Below, piece by piece: positions 51,177 through 61,597 of a stretch of DNA of 64,000 bases. The DNA lies in NCBI GenBank assembly GCA_041394365.1, contig JAWKIM010000006.1, positions 470,590-534,589 of the forward strand, read 5' to 3'. The first letter of the stretch is position 1. Each line of letters starts with the position of its first letter. The stretch comes from Acidimicrobiales bacterium. Lineage in GTDB: Bacteria; Actinomycetota; Acidimicrobiia; Acidimicrobiales; CAIXPF01. Below the pieces are notes generated by a model, which worked only from the letters and a program-made list of their open reading frames with translations, had not been told where the DNA came from and made no database searches. The position numbers and the translations under genes are program-made.

Positions 51177-53530
51177 ATGACGGAGCTGTCCGAAGAGCTG
51201 GAGCGCGAACGCGAGTACCTGCGCGCCGCCCACGAACGGGTCCAACGCCTGCGCGACGGCGCCCGGTTGGTGGCCGAGCAGGCCGGCGCCCGGGTGGCCG
51301 CCGACGAGATGGAACCGGGCGCCCAGTTCACCCGTGACGTGGCGGTGGTGCACGCCGCCCACCGGGCCACCATGCTCGACATCCCCGCCGATCGGCTCTG
51401 CGTGGGCCGCATCGACGGCGACCTGGCCGGCGAGACCAACAGCACGCTCTACATCGGGCGGGTGGCCGTCTCCGACGAGCACGGCGACCCGATGATCGTG
51501 GACTGGCGGGCCCCGGCCGCCGCCGCGTTCTACCGCGCCCGCCCCGGCGACCCGATGGGCGTGCGCCGCCGTCGCCACTTCCGCTGGCGCGGCGGCCAGC
51601 TGGTGGGCCTCGACGACGAGCTCGTCGACCGCAGTGCCCTCGACCACCGCGAGCTGCACCTGGTGGGCGAGGCCGCCCTCCTCGCCGCACTGGAGGCGCC
51701 CCGCACCGGGCGCATGACCGACATCGTGGGCACCATCCAGGCCGACCAGGATCGCATCATCCGCCGCCCGGCCCGCGGCGTGACCATCGTGCAGGGCGGA
51801 CCCGGCACCGGCAAGACGGCGGTGGCGTTGCACCGCGCCGCGTACCTCCTCCACGAGCTCGCCGGTCGCGGCGATCTGGCCGCGGTGCTGTTCATCGGCC
51901 CCACCGACACGTTCCTGCGCTACGTGGGCGACGTGGTGCCCTCCCTCGGCGAGGACCAGATGATGATGGCCACCGCCGCCGACCTGGGCCCCCCGGTGAC
52001 CGTGACCGGTCGCGACGCCGACGAGGTGGCCCGCATCAAGGGCGACGTCCGCATGGCCGCGGTGCTCGTCCGCGCCGTGCAGGGCTTCGAGCAACCGATC
52101 AGGACCACCGCCCAGATCGGCTGCGGCCGGTACTACCTCAAGCTCGAACCGGCGGCGGTGCGCAAGCTGGTGGTGCGCACCCGCAAGCTGGGTGGCACCC
52201 ACAACGAACGGGTGCCGCTGGTGCGCGACGGGGTGATCGAGCTCCTCGCCGCCGACTTCGAACGCCGGGTGCGCGCCGACGTGGCCGCCGGGCGCCTCCT
52301 GCCCGGCGCGGTGCCCAAGTTCCGCCCGGTGCTCGACCGGGCCGCGGTGCGCGCCGTGTGCGATCGGATCTGGCCCCCGCTCACGCCCCAGCTCGCGCTC
52401 AGCCGGCTGCTGGCGTCCCGTGCCCGCCTGCGCCACGCCACCAAGGACCTGTTCGAACCGGCGGAGGCCGAGCTGCTGCACCGGCCGAGCTCCGCCGGGT
52501 GGACCGCCGCCGACGTGTCCCTCCTCGACGAGCTCGCCGTGCTCCTCGGTCGCGACGACCAGGACGACGGCGAGGCCAGCGGCCGTCGTGCGAGCGAACT
52601 GGCCGGTGCGTCGTTCCAGCTGGTGGAGACGGCGCTGGCCGAGGAGATGCAGGCCGCCCTGGAGAACCGCACCGCCGACTGCCCGCGCTGCCAGCTGGAG
52701 CTGGCCTACGGCCGCGCCGAGGACGGCACCCTCACGTTGACCTGCACCAACCCCGTGTGCCCCGGCGCACCTGGCCGGCGTACGACATCATCGGTGAGGA
52801 CGCCACCCAGTTCCTCGCCGCCGTGATCGAGGAGCTGTCGGACCGCTACGCCGAGGTCGAGTGCGCGTCCCCTGCATCGCCGATCGGCGCTTCGCCCACG
52901 TGGTCATCGACGAGGCGCAGGACGTGTCGGCCATGCAGTGGCGGGCCATCGCCCGGCGCTGCCCCAGCCCGGCGTTCACCGCGGTGGGCGATCTCGACCA
53001 GGCCAGCCAGCCGTGGTCGATCCATGACTGGGGCCCGGTCTTCGAGCTCGGCGGCCGCAGCGGCGCCGAACTGGTGGAGCTGACCGTCAACTACCGCACG
53101 CCGGCGGAGGTGATGGCCTTCGCCGTCGACGAGGTGGCGCAGCACGGGCGTACCGTGTCGGCGCCCGCCGCCATCCGCTTCTCCGGTGCGTCGCCGCAGG
53201 TGCGCACCGGCGGGGTCGATGCACTCGAGGAGCTGTTGGTGGAGGCCCGCGGCGGTGGGCGAGGCCGGCACCGTCGTCGCCGTCGTGCCCGAGGGCCTCA
53301 CCCGTCCCCACGATGACGCCTTCCTCACCGCCACCCAGACCAAGGGTTTGGAGTTCGACGGGGTCATCGTGTTCGACCCGGCCGCCATCGCCGCCGAGTC
53401 ACCGTTCGGCGCCACCCGCCTCTACGTGGCGTTGACCCGCACCACCCGACTGCTGTGGGTCGTCCGGCCCGCCGTGGGTGGCGCGCGGTGGTGGTCGGCG
53501 GCTGATCACGGCCGCGGGCTGATCACGGCC
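51177..53530 (+). CDS. HelD-like (UvrD/helicase IV family) helicase; at least two frameshifts (about 52780 and about 53240).
   Basis: HelD-type N-terminal domain (LYIGRVAVSDEHGDPMIVDWRAPAAAAFY), Walker A GGPGTGKT, motif II HVVIDEAQD, NYRTP and the C-terminal TKGLEFD…ALTRTT pattern, spread over three frames. Confidence 0.75.
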
Positions 53531-54107
53531 GGGCGTCGGGTGCGTCGGCCGTGTGCGCCGGTCGGTAGCGCAGCGCCACCGCACCGGCGGCGAGCTCCTG
53601 ACGGCCGACGAGCTCCAGGTCGAGTCGCTCGCGCAGGCCGGCGAGCAGCGTCGGGCCGTGGCCCGCCACGATGGGGTGCACGACGAACTCGTACTCGTCG
53701 ATCAAGCCCAGGTCGGCCAGCGCCAGCGGCAGGGTCACGCCGCCCACGTGCAGGCCCTCACCGGGTTCGTCCTTCAGCCGCTGCACGGCGGTGGCCAGAT
53801 CCCCCTGCAGGAGCTCGGCGTTCCAGTCGACCCGCTCGAGGGTGCTCGACACGACGTACTTCCGGGCGGCGTCGATCGTTGCGGCGAAGGGGATCATCCA
53901 ATCGGCCATCCACTCCGGCCACCGCCCCGGGGCCGGCTGCCGCCACGCTTCTTCCATCATCTGATAGGTCACCCGGCCGAAGAGCAGGGCGTCGGCCCGC
54001 GCCAGGTTGGCGGCGTGATGGCGGTGCAGTTCCTCGGTGGGGTTGCCCACCCGGTGATCGATGCACCCGTCGAGGGTGACGTTGATCGAATAGCGCAGTG
54101 GCCTCAT
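53523..54107 (-). CDS. Dihydrofolate reductase-family protein (RibD C-terminal domain type).
   Basis: MRPLRYSINVTLDG…VGGVTL… pattern with an RBS GGAGA upstream. Confidence 0.75.
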   Translation of the reverse strand: MRPLRYSINVTLDGCIDHRVGNPTEELHRHHAANLARADALLFGRVTYQMMEEAWRQPAPGRWPEWMADWMIPFAATIDAARKYVVSSTLERVDWNAELLQGDLATAVQRLKDEPGEGLHVGGVTLPLALADLGLIDEYEFVVHPIVAGHGPTLLAGLRERLDLELVGRQELAAGAVALRYRPAHTADAPDARP

Positions 54108-54299
54108 GGTCGGTCTCCTCGTCGTCGCCGAACGCGTGCGGTTGCAGTCCGACGCAGCGGGCGGTGCGTTCTCATCGGTGGTGCTCGGAGCGCGTCGTAC
54201 GCGGAACGTGACCATCACCGGGTCGAAGGTGACCGTCGCCCCGCTACGGTGCGCCGGCCCGGTGGCTACCGTGCCCATCATCCTGGTGGGAGGTGGACC

Positions 54300-55947
54300 A
54301 TGGCCCTGCTCGGGAGCTTCCGTCGTTCGATCGGGCGCCGCGGCGCGGTGGTGGTGCTCGGCCTGAGCCTTGTGGTTGCCATGGCGGGTGCGCCGTCGAC
54401 GGCCGGGTCGGCCCAGGTCGTCGGCGCCGACGTGGTGGTCGGTCACTCGTTCCTCACGGTGTGGGGGCCGTCGGTGGTGGGTGCAAACGTGAACGTGCAG
54501 AACCTCGGGCCGGAGGTGGCCTCGGGCGTGGTGGTCACGTTCACGGTGCCGGAGGGCGCGGCCATCGTCTCCGGCGAGCAGCTGACCTTCAGCGGCGCCG
54601 CCGCCACCACCGAACCGCAACCGTGTGACGTGGCCGCCGATCGGCGCGCCCTGACCTGCACCATGCCGAGCGACCTGGCGCAGACCGGTGGTCTGTTGGC
54701 CTCGGCGGTGGTGGCCAACGCCGGGCTGGCCGCCGGCTCCACGATCGACCTCCGCGTCGAGGTGGGTGCCGCCGTGGCCGACCCGGAGACGTCGAACAAC
54801 GTGCGCGAGCTGCCGGTCACCTTCACCGGCCCGGCGGTGGCGCTCGACCTGGCCGATCTCGCGCTCACCCTGACGTACCCGCCGGTATCCGGCGACGACC
54901 CGGCCGTCGTCGGCGTCTACTTCAACCTGGCGTACACCGGGCCCCGCCCCGGCCACCGACGTGCAGGTCACGGTGCAGGCCTCCGGCGGGTGCGGTGCTG
55001 ACACCGCGCTGGTGGTCGGGCAACGACCCGATGTCCTGCCCCCTGGAGGATCCGGCGCCGGTGCTCGTCTGCACCATGGCCCGCTACGACAAGGGCGGCA
55101 ACATCCCCGTCTCGGTGGGGGTGTCGGTCATCAACGTCGGCCTGCCGGCCGGCTCGGTCATCGACGTCGAGGCGACGGTCACCCATGCCCAGCTGGACCC
55201 GACCCCCGATGATCACACCGTCACCGTGCCCGTGGCCTTCGCGGGCGGCCCGGTGCCGACCATCCCGGGGGAGAGCACCGCGCAGCTCGTCCTTCGAGCG
55301 GCACAGGCGCCCCAGTTCGATCCGCAGCCGCCCGTCGTTGCCGACGGCCGCGTCGTGGTGTTCCACTGGGAGGTGGCCTCCTCCGGTCCTACACCGGTCA
55401 CCCGGGTGCGGTGGGTGTTGACCCTCGGCCCGGGCATGACCATGCTGCCGCCGTTCACCCCGTGGGGACCCGTCGTCTGCACCGTCCGCGCCGGTCCTGC
55501 TGTCGGCGCCGGCGCCGGCGGGACGACGTTCGACTGCGTCGCCGACCGGCCGCTGCTGGCCGGCTCGACGTTCTGCAGGTGTCGCTCCGAGCCTCGTTCG
55601 GCGCGAGCGTCGGGGCCACGCTGTGGACGGAGGCCTACGTCGCCTCGGAGCGCACCGACCCGGTGCCGGCCGACAACCATGCGGTGCAGAGCGTCGCCGT
55701 GCCCGAGCGGCGCCCGTCGCCGTCGTTCCCCACTCCCGGCGGTGCGCCTGCGGCGTCCACCAGCATCCCGACCATGTCCGACGCGTCCCTGCCCGCCACG
55801 GGCCGTCCTGCGATGGTGCCGGTGCTCGTGGCCGGCGTGCTGCTCGGCGTCGGCTTGGCGCTGCGCGGCGTCGCCGGACGGTCCCGTCAGCGCTCGGCCC
55901 TGCCCAGCAACTCGCCGAGGCCGGGCCAGTCCATGCGGTTGAGGTAG
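54300..55947 (+). CDS. Secreted DUF11-repeat surface protein with an LPATG sortase signal; at least three frameshifts.
   Basis: Signal peptide MALLGSFRRSIGRRGAVVVLGLSLVVAMAG, DUF11 repeats (SNNVRELPVTFTGP, PADNHAVQSVAV), and C-terminal LPATG plus a hydrophobic segment plus an R/K tail. It overlaps the next minus-strand gene convergently by about 60 bp. Confidence 0.65.
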
Positions 55948-56387
55948 GTGTGGTCCGACACGATGCGACCGTCGCCGTCGAACGTATAGATCCCGCACCA
56001 CGACAGCTCCCAACCGGAGCGGGCATCGTCGACGATCGACGCCTCCACGGTCACGACGTTGCCCGACGGGATGACCCGCCGGAACACCATCCGCCGGCCG
56101 GGCGCCTTGCCCTTGATGATGACCTCGGCCCGGATGAAGGCATCGGCGTCGAGGAGCAGGTTCTGCGGGTTGGCGCCGCCGGCGGTCCAGCCGGAACCGT
56201 CGAGGTTCAGCGCGTGGAACGACGGTGCGTACGCCTCGCGCACGAAACGCTCCATGTCCTCACCGTTGTACAGCTCCCGGAACCGCTCCATGGCGGCGAC
56301 GTTGCGGCGCTCCTCGTCGCTCATCGCCCGCCCGCCGGCATGGGTGTGGGCTGGGTTGAGATCCATCCCGTCGCTGTGCTTGGCCAT
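55887..56387 (-). CDS. NTF2-like / SnoaL-like protein.
   Basis: 166-aa portion of the ORF 55887–57311 starting MAKHSDGMDL…; SnoaL-like pattern. Confidence 0.55.
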   Translation of the reverse strand: MAKHSDGMDLNPAHTHAGGRAMSDEERRNVAAMERFRELYNGEDMERFVREAYAPSFHALNLDGSGWTAGGANPQNLLLDADAFIRAEVIIKGKAPGRRMVFRRVIPSGNVVTVEASIVDDARSGWELSWCGIYTFDGDGRIVSDHTYLNRMDWPGLGELLGRAER

Positions 56388-56459
56388 CGCGTCCCCCTGG
56401 TCGTCCCGGGGCGAACCTAGCGGGCGTGAGCGCCCGCCGGGATGGGGTAGAGCGAACCC

Positions 56460-57146
56460 ATGAGCACCGATGAGTTCGAACGCGGCGCCGGCGAGACCGT
56501 CGAGCAGGTCGCCGAGCTGCCCGCCGGCGAACGCTTCGCCGCCGCCGCCCGGGGGTCGGCCAACCCGGCGGCCCTGGCCTGGTTGGCCGAGGGGTTGCGG
56601 CTGGACGCGGCTGCCTCGGTGCTCGACATCGGCACCGGTATGGGTGGGCCGGCCGGGTGGTTGACCGAGCGGTACGGCTGCCGGGTGGTGGGTGTGGAGC
56701 CGGCGCACGCCGCCGCCCGGGCCGCGGCCACCCTGTTCGATGTCCCCGTGGCGCAGGGCGGTGCCGTCGCCCTGCCGGTGCGCACCGACGCGTTCGACGC
56801 CGCGCTGCTGCTCGGCGTGCTCTCCGTGGTGGACGATCCGGAGGCCACGCTGGTGGAGGCCCGCCGGGTGGCGCGGTCGCTGGCGGTGCTGGAGTGGTGT
56901 GCCCAGGGCGCCGACGACGTGTCCGCCGGCGGCAGCCGGTTCCCCACCGAGACATCGTTGCTGGCGCTGCTGGACGCAGCCGGCTGGACGGTGCAGCAGA
57001 GCAGCGCCCTGCAGCTCGACGCCCCGCACGTGTGGGAGAGCGCCGCCCAGGCGGTCGAGGCCCCGCCGGATCCCGACGAGCAGGAGGTGGTGGCCGCCAT
57101 CGAGCGGGGCGAGCTGGCGCCGTTCCTGGCCGTCGCCCTGCGGTGA
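56460..57146 (+). CDS. Class I SAM-dependent methyltransferase.
   Basis: VLDIGTGMGGPAGWL (motif I) and an acidic motif II. Confidence 0.8.
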   Translation: MSTDEFERGAGETVEQVAELPAGERFAAAARGSANPAALAWLAEGLRLDAAASVLDIGTGMGGPAGWLTERYGCRVVGVEPAHAAARAAATLFDVPVAQGGAVALPVRTDAFDAALLLGVLSVVDDPEATLVEARRVARSLAVLEWCAQGADDVSAGGSRFPTETSLLALLDAAGWTVQQSSALQLDAPHVWESAAQAVEAPPDPDEQEVVAAIERGELAPFLAVALR

Positions 57147-57181
57147 ACGTCGCCCACCAGGCCCCGGGGTGCCCCAAGGAG

Positions 57182-58237
57182 ATGGTGCACGGCCCCTGCG
57201 GCGGCGTGCAGCCGGACCGGTCGTGCGAGGTCGACGCTCGCCCGTGCCCGTTCGTGGCCTTGCCGAGCGCGTCGGGACCGCCGCCATACCGTTCGGTGTT
57301 GCTGCCGCCACCGTACCGATCGGTGTGGCCGCCGGATTCGTCTCCGGTGCCGGTCCCGGTGCCGGTGCCGGTGCCGCTCACCTTCGACGAGCCGGCCCTG
57401 GTGGTGGACGTGCGGGCGCCGTTGCGCTGGCCGGGCGGCGCGCTCGGCCTGTGGCGACGGACCGCAGCTGTCGTGTCGGGCTGCATCGCCCTCGTGGGTG
57501 ATCACGCCGACAACCCGCCGGCTCACGACGACACCGGCCGGCTCCCTCCGGAGGAGGTCATCGCCGTCCTGCTCGACGCCGGGGTCCGCGCCATCGTGAC
57601 CGTCACCGGCCGCAGCCACAGCCCCGCCGACGTGCGCCGCCTGGTGCGGAGTTGCCGCGACGTCGGCGCCCTGGCCGTGCACGTGGTCACCGGCGACCAC
57701 CCGCGCGCGCTCGGCATCGACCGCGCCGTACGGTTTGATACGGAGTCGCTGCGCATGCTGCCTGAGGCGCCGGCGGCCCAGGTGGCGGCCACCGTCGCCG
57801 AGTCGCCCGCCGCTCCCGGTGATCGCGTCGGCCGCCTGCTCGCCAAGCAGCGCGCCGGCGCGTCGGCGTGCATCCTCAACCACAGCGGCGACGCGGGTGC
57901 GCTCATCGCCTTCGTGGACCGCTGCCGGGAGGCGGGGGTCACGCTGCCGATGATCGCCCCCGTGCCGATGGTGGCCGACCGCCACGCCGCCCTCCGCCTG
58001 GCCGCGTTCCCGGGCCTGCGACTGCCCGCCGGGTTCCTGGCCGGGATCGCCGACGCCGCCGACCCCGCCGCGCACGGGCCGGCGCTGGCCGCCCAGCTCG
58101 CGGCAACGCTCGTGCGTTCCGGCCGGTTCGCCGGCATCAACCTCTCCGGCGGCGCCGCCGGGCTCACGCCCGACGAGCGGCTCGCCGCCACCGCCGCCTT
58201 CATCGCCGCCACGCGCGCTGCGCTCCGAGTGAGGTGA
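57182..58237 (+). CDS. Methylenetetrahydrofolate reductase-like protein with an N-terminal MTHFR_C-type Cys motif and an internal PPPYRSV / PVPVPVPVP repeat linker.
   Basis: RBS AAGGAG before ATG; MVHGPCGGVQPDRSCEVDARPCPF; C-terminal TIM-barrel MTHFR-like region. Confidence 0.65.
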   Translation: MVHGPCGGVQPDRSCEVDARPCPFVALPSASGPPPYRSVLLPPPYRSVWPPDSSPVPVPVPVPVPLTFDEPALVVDVRAPLRWPGGALGLWRRTAAVVSGCIALVGDHADNPPAHDDTGRLPPEEVIAVLLDAGVRAIVTVTGRSHSPADVRRLVRSCRDVGALAVHVVTGDHPRALGIDRAVRFDTESLRMLPEAPAAQVAATVAESPAAPGDRVGRLLAKQRAGASACILNHSGDAGALIAFVDRCREAGVTLPMIAPVPMVADRHAALRLAAFPGLRLPAGFLAGIADAADPAAHGPALAAQLAATLVRSGRFAGINLSGGAAGLTPDERLAATAAFIAATRAALRVR

Positions 58238-58261
58238 CCTCGGCCCGATGCCGCGAGCCGT

Positions 58262-59670
58262 TCATCCCAACGGCAACCGGTGCAGCTGAGCGTCGTCCCA
58301 ACCGGTGAACCAGACGGCCTGCCCGTCGGTGGCCACGCCCCCGCCGCCCGTGGAAGGCAGGTAGCGATCGACGACGCGGTTCTGGGTGGGGTCGATGCGG
58401 ACCAGCAACGCTGTCTTCGAGCTGATCCACAGCGACCCGGCCGCTTCGACGAAGTCGGTGTGCCAGTCCATCGCCACGGCCGCGTACGGGATCTTGGCGA
58501 CGACCGTGTTCGTGGCGGGATCGATGCGGTTGAGCGTCTCGAACAGCGCACCGCCGTTCGGCGAGCCGGCGACTGCACCGGGGTCCGGCTCGACCCCGCT
58601 CGTCCACATGCTCCCGAAGGCCGAGCGGATCTTGAAGGGGCCACCAAGGATAGCGATGTCTGCCAACACCGCGCCGGTGGTCGGATCCACTCGGTAGATG
58701 CCGAAGTCGCCCTGGAGCGGCACATGGGAGACCCCCACCGTGCCGAACCCGTAGCCGAGGTTGTCTGCGCCCCGGGGCGCCGGCATGGTCTGGGCAATGG
58801 TGTTGGTGCTGGGGTCGATGCGCACGAGCATCCGATCGAGCCCGCTCTCGTCGCTGAGCACCCAGATCCCATCCTCGGCCGCAACCGGACCATCCGGTAT
58901 GGCGCCGCCGACGCCGCGTAGACCGCCCGGTATGGTGATGTGGGCGATAATCTGCCCGGTGTCAAGGTCGATCCGGTTCAGTTGATCGTTCGACACTCCG
59001 TGGCCATCCACAGTGAGCCGAACGCAACTGCGGGACGGGTCGGGAAGTTGTCGAGCTGCAACGGCACGGTGCCCACCAGCTCCCCGGTGCTGGCATCGAA
59101 CCGCTGGATGGGACCGAGATCGAGGATCACCCACACACTCGATCCACCGGTGACGACCTGTGCTGGTTTGGTGGCCGTTGCACGGGAGGTGACAGCGGCG
59201 TCGGCTGCACTTCGGATCACGGGCAGCCCGAGCAACGCCTCGTCCAGGGCGGTGCTCGACGCCGCGGTTGTCGGGGACGTGATCGTTGCGCTCGAGGTGA
59301 CCGCTGCCGAGGATGTTGTCGGCCGCACGGTGGGTTCGGTGACGGGGCTGTCGACAACGTCGAGCTCGCGGGGCTCATCACGGCGAGCGGCGATGAACAG
59401 CACGGAGAGCAGCACTGCGGCGGCGATGGCGCCGAGCACGGCCAACCTGCGGCGGCTGTCGTTCAACCTGCTCCGGGTGTCCTTTGCGTGGCGGATGATG
59501 TCCATGGCGACCACCTGGGGGTTGGGTTCGTCCTCTGCCGGGCTGGCGGCACCGCCGTGCTGGCCGTCGGCGTCAGCGGCGAGGCGAGCCCGAAGGCGAG
59601 CGGTGAGCGCGGCCGTGGGAGCGACGTCGGGATCGGGGCGGCGAAGGATGTCGAGGGGATCAGGATTCAT
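58262..59670 (-). CDS. Anti-sigma-factor-like membrane protein with an extracytoplasmic beta-propeller (YVTN/YncE-like) domain; one frameshift at about 59000.
   Basis: Cytoplasmic N-terminus, a single TM (LAVLGAIAAAVLLSVLFIAA) and propeller repeats. It lies directly downstream of the ECF sigma gene. Confidence 0.6.
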
Positions 59671-60163
59671 CGCGGCCCTCGTCCTTTGCTCGGTAGCTGT
59701 GCCAATGCTCGTCGAGCCCGCGCCAACAGGGACTCGGCGCTGTGCACGCTGCGCTCCAGTAGTTCGGCAATCGTCGGGACGGAGAGGTCGTCGAGATAGC
59801 GCAGCGTGAGGACCATCCGGTACTGCGGTGGCAAACCGGTCAGGACCTCCTCGGCCAGGCCCGCCTCGAGGACTTCGCTCCAGCTCGACTGCGTCTCACG
59901 CCGCCCCGACCGCCAGGAGGTTCCGCTCGTCACGTGCGCGCCGGCGCCAATGGTCGATCAGTTTGTGGCGGGCGATGCCGAGCAGCCAACTCACGTCGGC
60001 CGTTCGTGGGGGGTTGCCGGAAGGCTCGACAGAGCGGCCATGAAGGTCTCTGACGTCAGCTCCTCGGCGATCGCCCGATCGGCGCAGCGCCGGAACAGGT
60101 AGCCGTACACCCTGCCGACATGGGCGTCGTAGAGGTCCAGCAACGCAACCGGCGCGTCGGTCA
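59667..60163 (-). CDS. ECF-subfamily RNA polymerase sigma-70 factor; two frameshifts.
   Basis: Region 2 (MTDAPVALLDLYDAHVGRVYGYLFRRC…; …WLLGIARHKLIDHWRRR…) and region 4 (RMVLTLRYLDDLSVPTIAELL) are in three frames. Confidence 0.65.
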
Positions 60164-60300
60164 TCGGCGGGCTCTGGCTCCATCACAGCTCTCTAGTCGT
60201 TCCGAACCGGCGCCGCTCCGTCGCGCTGTCCATATTTTTCCGGTGTGATCGCTCGCCTTGGTCGAAGTCGAACTCCGGGCAGGGGATCGGTCGCACTACC

Positions 60301-60693
60301 GTGCACCACGTGCTGGAGACGATGGATGTGGCCGGGTTCGTGGCGCTCGAGACGGCCGTGTGGCAGGCGTTGGTCGACGGCGACGGCGAGGCCGATGCCG
60401 GGCTGCTGGCCGAGGAGTTCATCGGCGTGTACCCCACCGGGTTCGCCGGCCGGGCCGAGCACGCCGCCCAGCTGGCCGCCGGGCCCACCGTCCGTCGCTT
60501 CGAGCTGTCGCAGGTCCGCCTGTTGCCCGTGGCCGACGACGCCGCGCTGCTGTGCTACCGGGCGGTCTACGAGCGGGCGTCGGGCGGTGGCTCCGAATCG
60601 ATGTACGTCAGCTCGTTGTGGTGCCGGCGCGACGGTGCCTGGCTGAACGTGTTCAGCCAGGACACCCCCGACACCGGCATCACCGTCGTGTAG
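60301..60693 (+). CDS. DUF4440 / SnoaL-like domain protein.
   Basis: 130-aa intact ORF with an NTF2-fold pattern. Confidence 0.55.
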   Translation: MHHVLETMDVAGFVALETAVWQALVDGDGEADAGLLAEEFIGVYPTGFAGRAEHAAQLAAGPTVRRFELSQVRLLPVADDAALLCYRAVYERASGGGSESMYVSSLWCRRDGAWLNVFSQDTPDTGITVV

Positions 60694-60696
60694 CGA

Positions 60697-61530
60697 TCAC
60701 ACGTCCTGGCGCCGCAGCAACGCCGTGCCGGTGACCAGCCCGGCCGCCGCCCAGGCGGCGATCACCGCGACGTTGCCCACGTTCGACAGCGCCGCGGCCA
60801 GTGTCTCCGGCGTGTCGGCCGCCGAGCGGGTGCCGAGCAGGCCGTGGGCGGCGGTGAACGGCAGGAACCGTGAGACGGTGGCGGGGAGCATGCCCCGTAC
60901 GAGCGTCTCCACCGCCAGCGCCCAGACCAGCACGGTGGTGACCGCCGCCGCGCTGTGGCGGACGAGCAGCCCCACGCCCAGCCCGATGACGGGAGCCAGG
61001 GAGGTCAGCGCCAACGCCCACGCTGTGCCCGACACCGCGCCGGACAGGTCCCCGGTTTCCATACCGCTCAGCATGCCGCCGACCAGGCCTCCCGATATAC
61101 CGACCGCCCCCATCGTGAGGCCGAGGACGGTGGCCAGGCACGCCTTGGCGGCGACGAGCAGTGCCCGTGACGGCCGGGTGGTGAGAGCGCCGGCGAGCGT
61201 GCCGTGCTGCACCTCGGAGGTGAACAGCAGCGTGCCGGCCACCATGGCGAACAACGTGGTGAGCCAGCTCGACACCAGGAACGTGTTGCCGATGGTGAAG
61301 GGAAGGTGCTCGTAGGGGTCCTCCTTCACGACCGTTCCGAGGATCAAGGACATACCGATCCCGATGGTGGCGGCGAGGCCGGTGAACAGCACGGTCGAGC
61401 GCACGGAGCGGAGCTTGATCCACTCGCTGTGCAGGGTGGCGGGGATGGTGGTGCGCAACCCGGTCGTCGGGGCCGACGCCGCGGTCGTTCGGGTCGTGGA
61501 GATGTCGGCGAGAGGGAGGGTCGTGGTCAT
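60697..61530 (-). CDS. ABC-2 type transporter permease.
   Basis: Six-TM ABC-2 permease pattern immediately downstream of the ABC ATPase. Confidence 0.7.
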   Translation of the reverse strand: MTTTLPLADISTTRTTAASAPTTGLRTTIPATLHSEWIKLRSVRSTVLFTGLAATIGIGMSLILGTVVKEDPYEHLPFTIGNTFLVSSWLTTLFAMVAGTLLFTSEVQHGTLAGALTTRPSRALLVAAKACLATVLGLTMGAVGISGGLVGGMLSGMETGDLSGAVSGTAWALALTSLAPVIGLGVGLLVRHSAAAVTTVLVWALAVETLVRGMLPATVSRFLPFTAAHGLLGTRSAADTPETLAAALSNVGNVAVIAAWAAAGLVTGTALLRRQDV

Positions 61531-61597
61531 CGGGTCTTCCTTCGGGTTACGGCGCATGGATCGGGTCGGGTTCGAGATCGGGTCAGGGTCTCGCCGC

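Noticed and set aside
48143-51445. Very long antisense ORFs (for example 1100 aa at 48143–51445 minus, 960 aa at 37557–40439 minus, 665 aa at 34617–36614 minus, 567 aa tail parts, 399 aa at 1611–2810 minus).
   Set aside because: They run opposite to genes with clear family signatures and have low-complexity R/P/G/A-rich translations with no motifs. This is typical of stop-codon-poor antisense frames in 72% GC DNA.
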